Origin: a bacterium
GTDB taxonomy: Bacteria > Zhuqueibacterota > Zhuqueibacteria > Zhuqueibacterales > Zhuqueibacteraceae
Direction of reading: 5' to 3'
DNA length: 64,000 nucleotides
NCBI GenBank assembly: GCA_044869275.1
Contig: JBIOXB010000048.1
Location: 1 to 64,000, forward strand
The notes under the pieces were generated by a model that had not been told where the DNA came from, ran no database searches, and was given only the letters and a program-made list of their open reading frames with translations. This document shows positions 62,109 to 64,000 of this stretch, one piece after another; the stretch's first letter is position 1, and each line of letters begins with the position of its first letter. The translations under genes were made by a program, and so were the position numbers.

Positions 62109-62522
62109 ATGTCGAAACGCGTTCTTTTTGTTGACGACGAGGACTGGAGCGTCACGCCTTATTTCGAAAAGCTGCGCGACCATGGTCTGATCGTGGATCT
62201 GGCCGTGAACGGCGACGAAGCCCTGGCGCGGCTGCAGCAGAACCGCTATGATTTGGTGGTGTTGGATATCATGCTGCCGCCGGGGGAAAAGATGGGAGAG
62301 AACGTCGAGCCGCGCAAGGCCGGCGAAGTGCTCTTGCGCCGGCTGCGTGCCGGCGAGCTTCCCAATCTCAAAACGGCCTCGAACGTTCCCGTGGTGGTGC
62401 TGACCGCGGTGACCGATCAAAAGCTTTCGGAAAAAATTCAAGAGCTGGAAGTCCAGGAGATTTTTCAAAAACCGGCGTCGTTCACCGAGGTGACCGATCG
62501 CATTTTAGATTTATTGCAGTAG
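62109..62522 (+). CDS. Single-domain response regulator
   Basis: VDDE, LDIMLP, LTA and KP; directly after the kinase. Confidence 0.9.
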   Translation: MSKRVLFVDDEDWSVTPYFEKLRDHGLIVDLAVNGDEALARLQQNRYDLVVLDIMLPPGEKMGENVEPRKAGEVLLRRLRAGELPNLKTASNVPVVVLTAVTDQKLSEKIQELEVQEIFQKPASFTEVTDRILDLLQ

Positions 62523-62662
62523 CAATAGCACCAGACGAACGCACAGCACCAAACGGGCCGAAGCGACTTGCGCGTGACCTCTCACGCATTATTTTTCTAA
62601 CATGATGCTGAAAAACTCTTTTGATGTCATACCCGCGAAGGCGAGAGGCAGGCCCAATATCT

Positions 62663-62811
62663 GAGCCCCAACGGGGCGAAATGGACAGGCTTGGGATCGT
62701 CAATTGGTTTCATCACACCTTCTTTCGCCCTTTCAGGGCTAAAGAAACCGTTGTGGTTCGCGCTTACCCAGGGCGTTGCCCTGGGCTTGGCTTATTTTGC
62801 CCCTTCGGGGC
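62663..62811. repeat. REP-like palindrome cluster
   Basis: GCCCCAACGGGGC, GCCCTTTCAGGGC, CCCAGGGCGTTGCCCTGGG and GCCCCTTCGGGGC. Confidence 0.7.
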
Positions 62812-63001
62812 ATGTGGTTCATCTCTACCACAGCGTTAGGTTGACGCCTATGCGCTTTCGCGGAAATGACAAATCCGACCAATTTGAGACTTTTTCAGCA
62901 CCCGCCAAGGCGTAAAACTTTGGGTGTAAAAAATTCTCGCGAAGACGCAGTTTATAAAAGAATATCTACTGGCTGTGGACCCGCAGTGGGGATATCCGTA
63001 A

Positions 63002-63718
63002 ATGACAATACTCGAAAACGAATTCGGCAAATTCGTCGAAAAGCATCCGGCGATTTTGTCCGCGGTCGTCAACAGTTCTTCACTGAATCTCGAGACGCTT
63101 TGGAGTTTTCTCGTTTACATATTTGAGCTGAACTATTTGGCGGTGTTCGAGACCGAGGACGGGGTGCATTTTCGCAAAGTTCATGAAGTGGCAAGAAACC
63201 TGCATAAAGAATTGCCGCCGCAACCGGCGCTGGAGGCGATGATGCAATCCGCTTATGCCTGGCGCAAGCCGGAATCGCTGCAGAATGAAGCAGAATGCGG
63301 GCACGAGCAATGCGCGGTGCAGGCGGTCGCGGCGATTCCGCTGACCCTCGCCGCGCAACACAAGATGTTGTTGATCTGCAAGCAGCTCACCATGCCGAAG
63401 CAGGAAGTCGTGCGCGGATACGTGTTCAACAGTTATGAGCTGCAACGGTATTTGACGGTCATCAAAAACTTCCTGCGCGTGGCAGAGCAGCAAAAGCAAA
63501 TACAGGGCGATCGCAAGAAAATCTACATGGGCAAGGCGGTGGCGATCGCCAGCGGTGTCTTCGGCTCGCTCCAAGCGCTGCAGGCCATCCGCGATCTTTT
63601 TGGCAACTTGGGACCGCCGGAGATTCTGAAAGGATTGGTTACGATTGCGTTTTTGGCGTTTGCCGTGATCGTTGCTTTTCGTTTGTCGCAATCGGACGAG
63701 CCGTTTCAGTTGTTGTAA
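63002..63718 (+). CDS. Hypothetical protein: possible degenerate GAF domain plus two C-terminal TM helices
   Basis: 238-aa ORF; AIPL...LLI...F..YE pattern; hydrophobic C-terminal hairpin. Confidence 0.6.
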   Translation: MTILENEFGKFVEKHPAILSAVVNSSSLNLETLWSFLVYIFELNYLAVFETEDGVHFRKVHEVARNLHKELPPQPALEAMMQSAYAWRKPESLQNEAECGHEQCAVQAVAAIPLTLAAQHKMLLICKQLTMPKQEVVRGYVFNSYELQRYLTVIKNFLRVAEQQKQIQGDRKKIYMGKAVAIASGVFGSLQALQAIRDLFGNLGPPEILKGLVTIAFLAFAVIVAFRLSQSDEPFQLL

Positions 63719-63847
63719 GATTTGCCAGCACTTCCTTATCATTTGCATTTCCCGCCCTGCGTTTCTATATTTCGAAAAATCGTAACCATTCAGAAGTTTT
63801 TTGAGAAAGCAAAACGATTACGGGCAAAACTATTAAAAAGCTTTGGA

Positions 63848-63902
63848 CAAGATGATTTAATGGCAAAATGATTTCAAATCATTTTGCCATTAAATTATCT
63901 TG
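63848..63902. repeat. Near-perfect 55-bp palindrome
   Basis: CAAGATGATTTAATGGCAAAATGATTT-C-AAATCATTTTGCCATTAAATTATCTTG, with one mismatch. Confidence 0.85.
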
Positions 63903-64000
63903 CCATAAAACGTTTAGGTTTTTTCTGACTTTTGTTGCCAATTTCCCATTATGTCAAATGTTTTGCCTGTCATTTTTCTCCTGAATAGTCACGAAAAATC

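Overview
64 kb of a moderately GC-rich diderm bacterial chromosome. A GWxTD/TPR protein, a hydrolase with a FlgD/Por-type C-terminal sorting domain, a FadL-like outer-membrane protein and an archaeal/eukaryote-type ProRS suggest an FCB-adjacent lineage such as KSB1/Calditrichota-like (inference only). Most of the window is housekeeping: argG-argH, ftsH, a YbbAP-like ABC pair, nrnA, era, proS, tRNA-Val(CAC), an ECF sigma/anti-sigma pair, a split B12 acyl-CoA mutase with meaB, LPS glycosyltransferases and a multi-GAF two-component system. The most interesting observations: (1) a minus-strand cluster running off the left edge (ArsS-like radical SAM, metallophosphoesterase, AdoMetDC-like protein, DUF2064, AhpD-like protein) that looks like an extended variant of the arsenosugar/'rSAM-selenodomain' locus; (2) a roughly 530-nt apparently non-coding unit behind a FleN-like ATPase, with a sigma54-like promoter, several ANGGAN hexaloop hairpins and a terminator, i.e. 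a candidate Csr/Rsm-type sponge sRNA; (3) a mutase with isobutyryl-CoA-mutase-type specificity residues; (4) a two-copy MITE carrying REP-like arrays; (5) at least five small genes broken by internal deletions, one of which may have created an in-frame SDR/FAD-oxidase chimera. No CRISPR array, rRNA, integrase or intact transposase was seen. All family calls come from motif recognition, not database searches.
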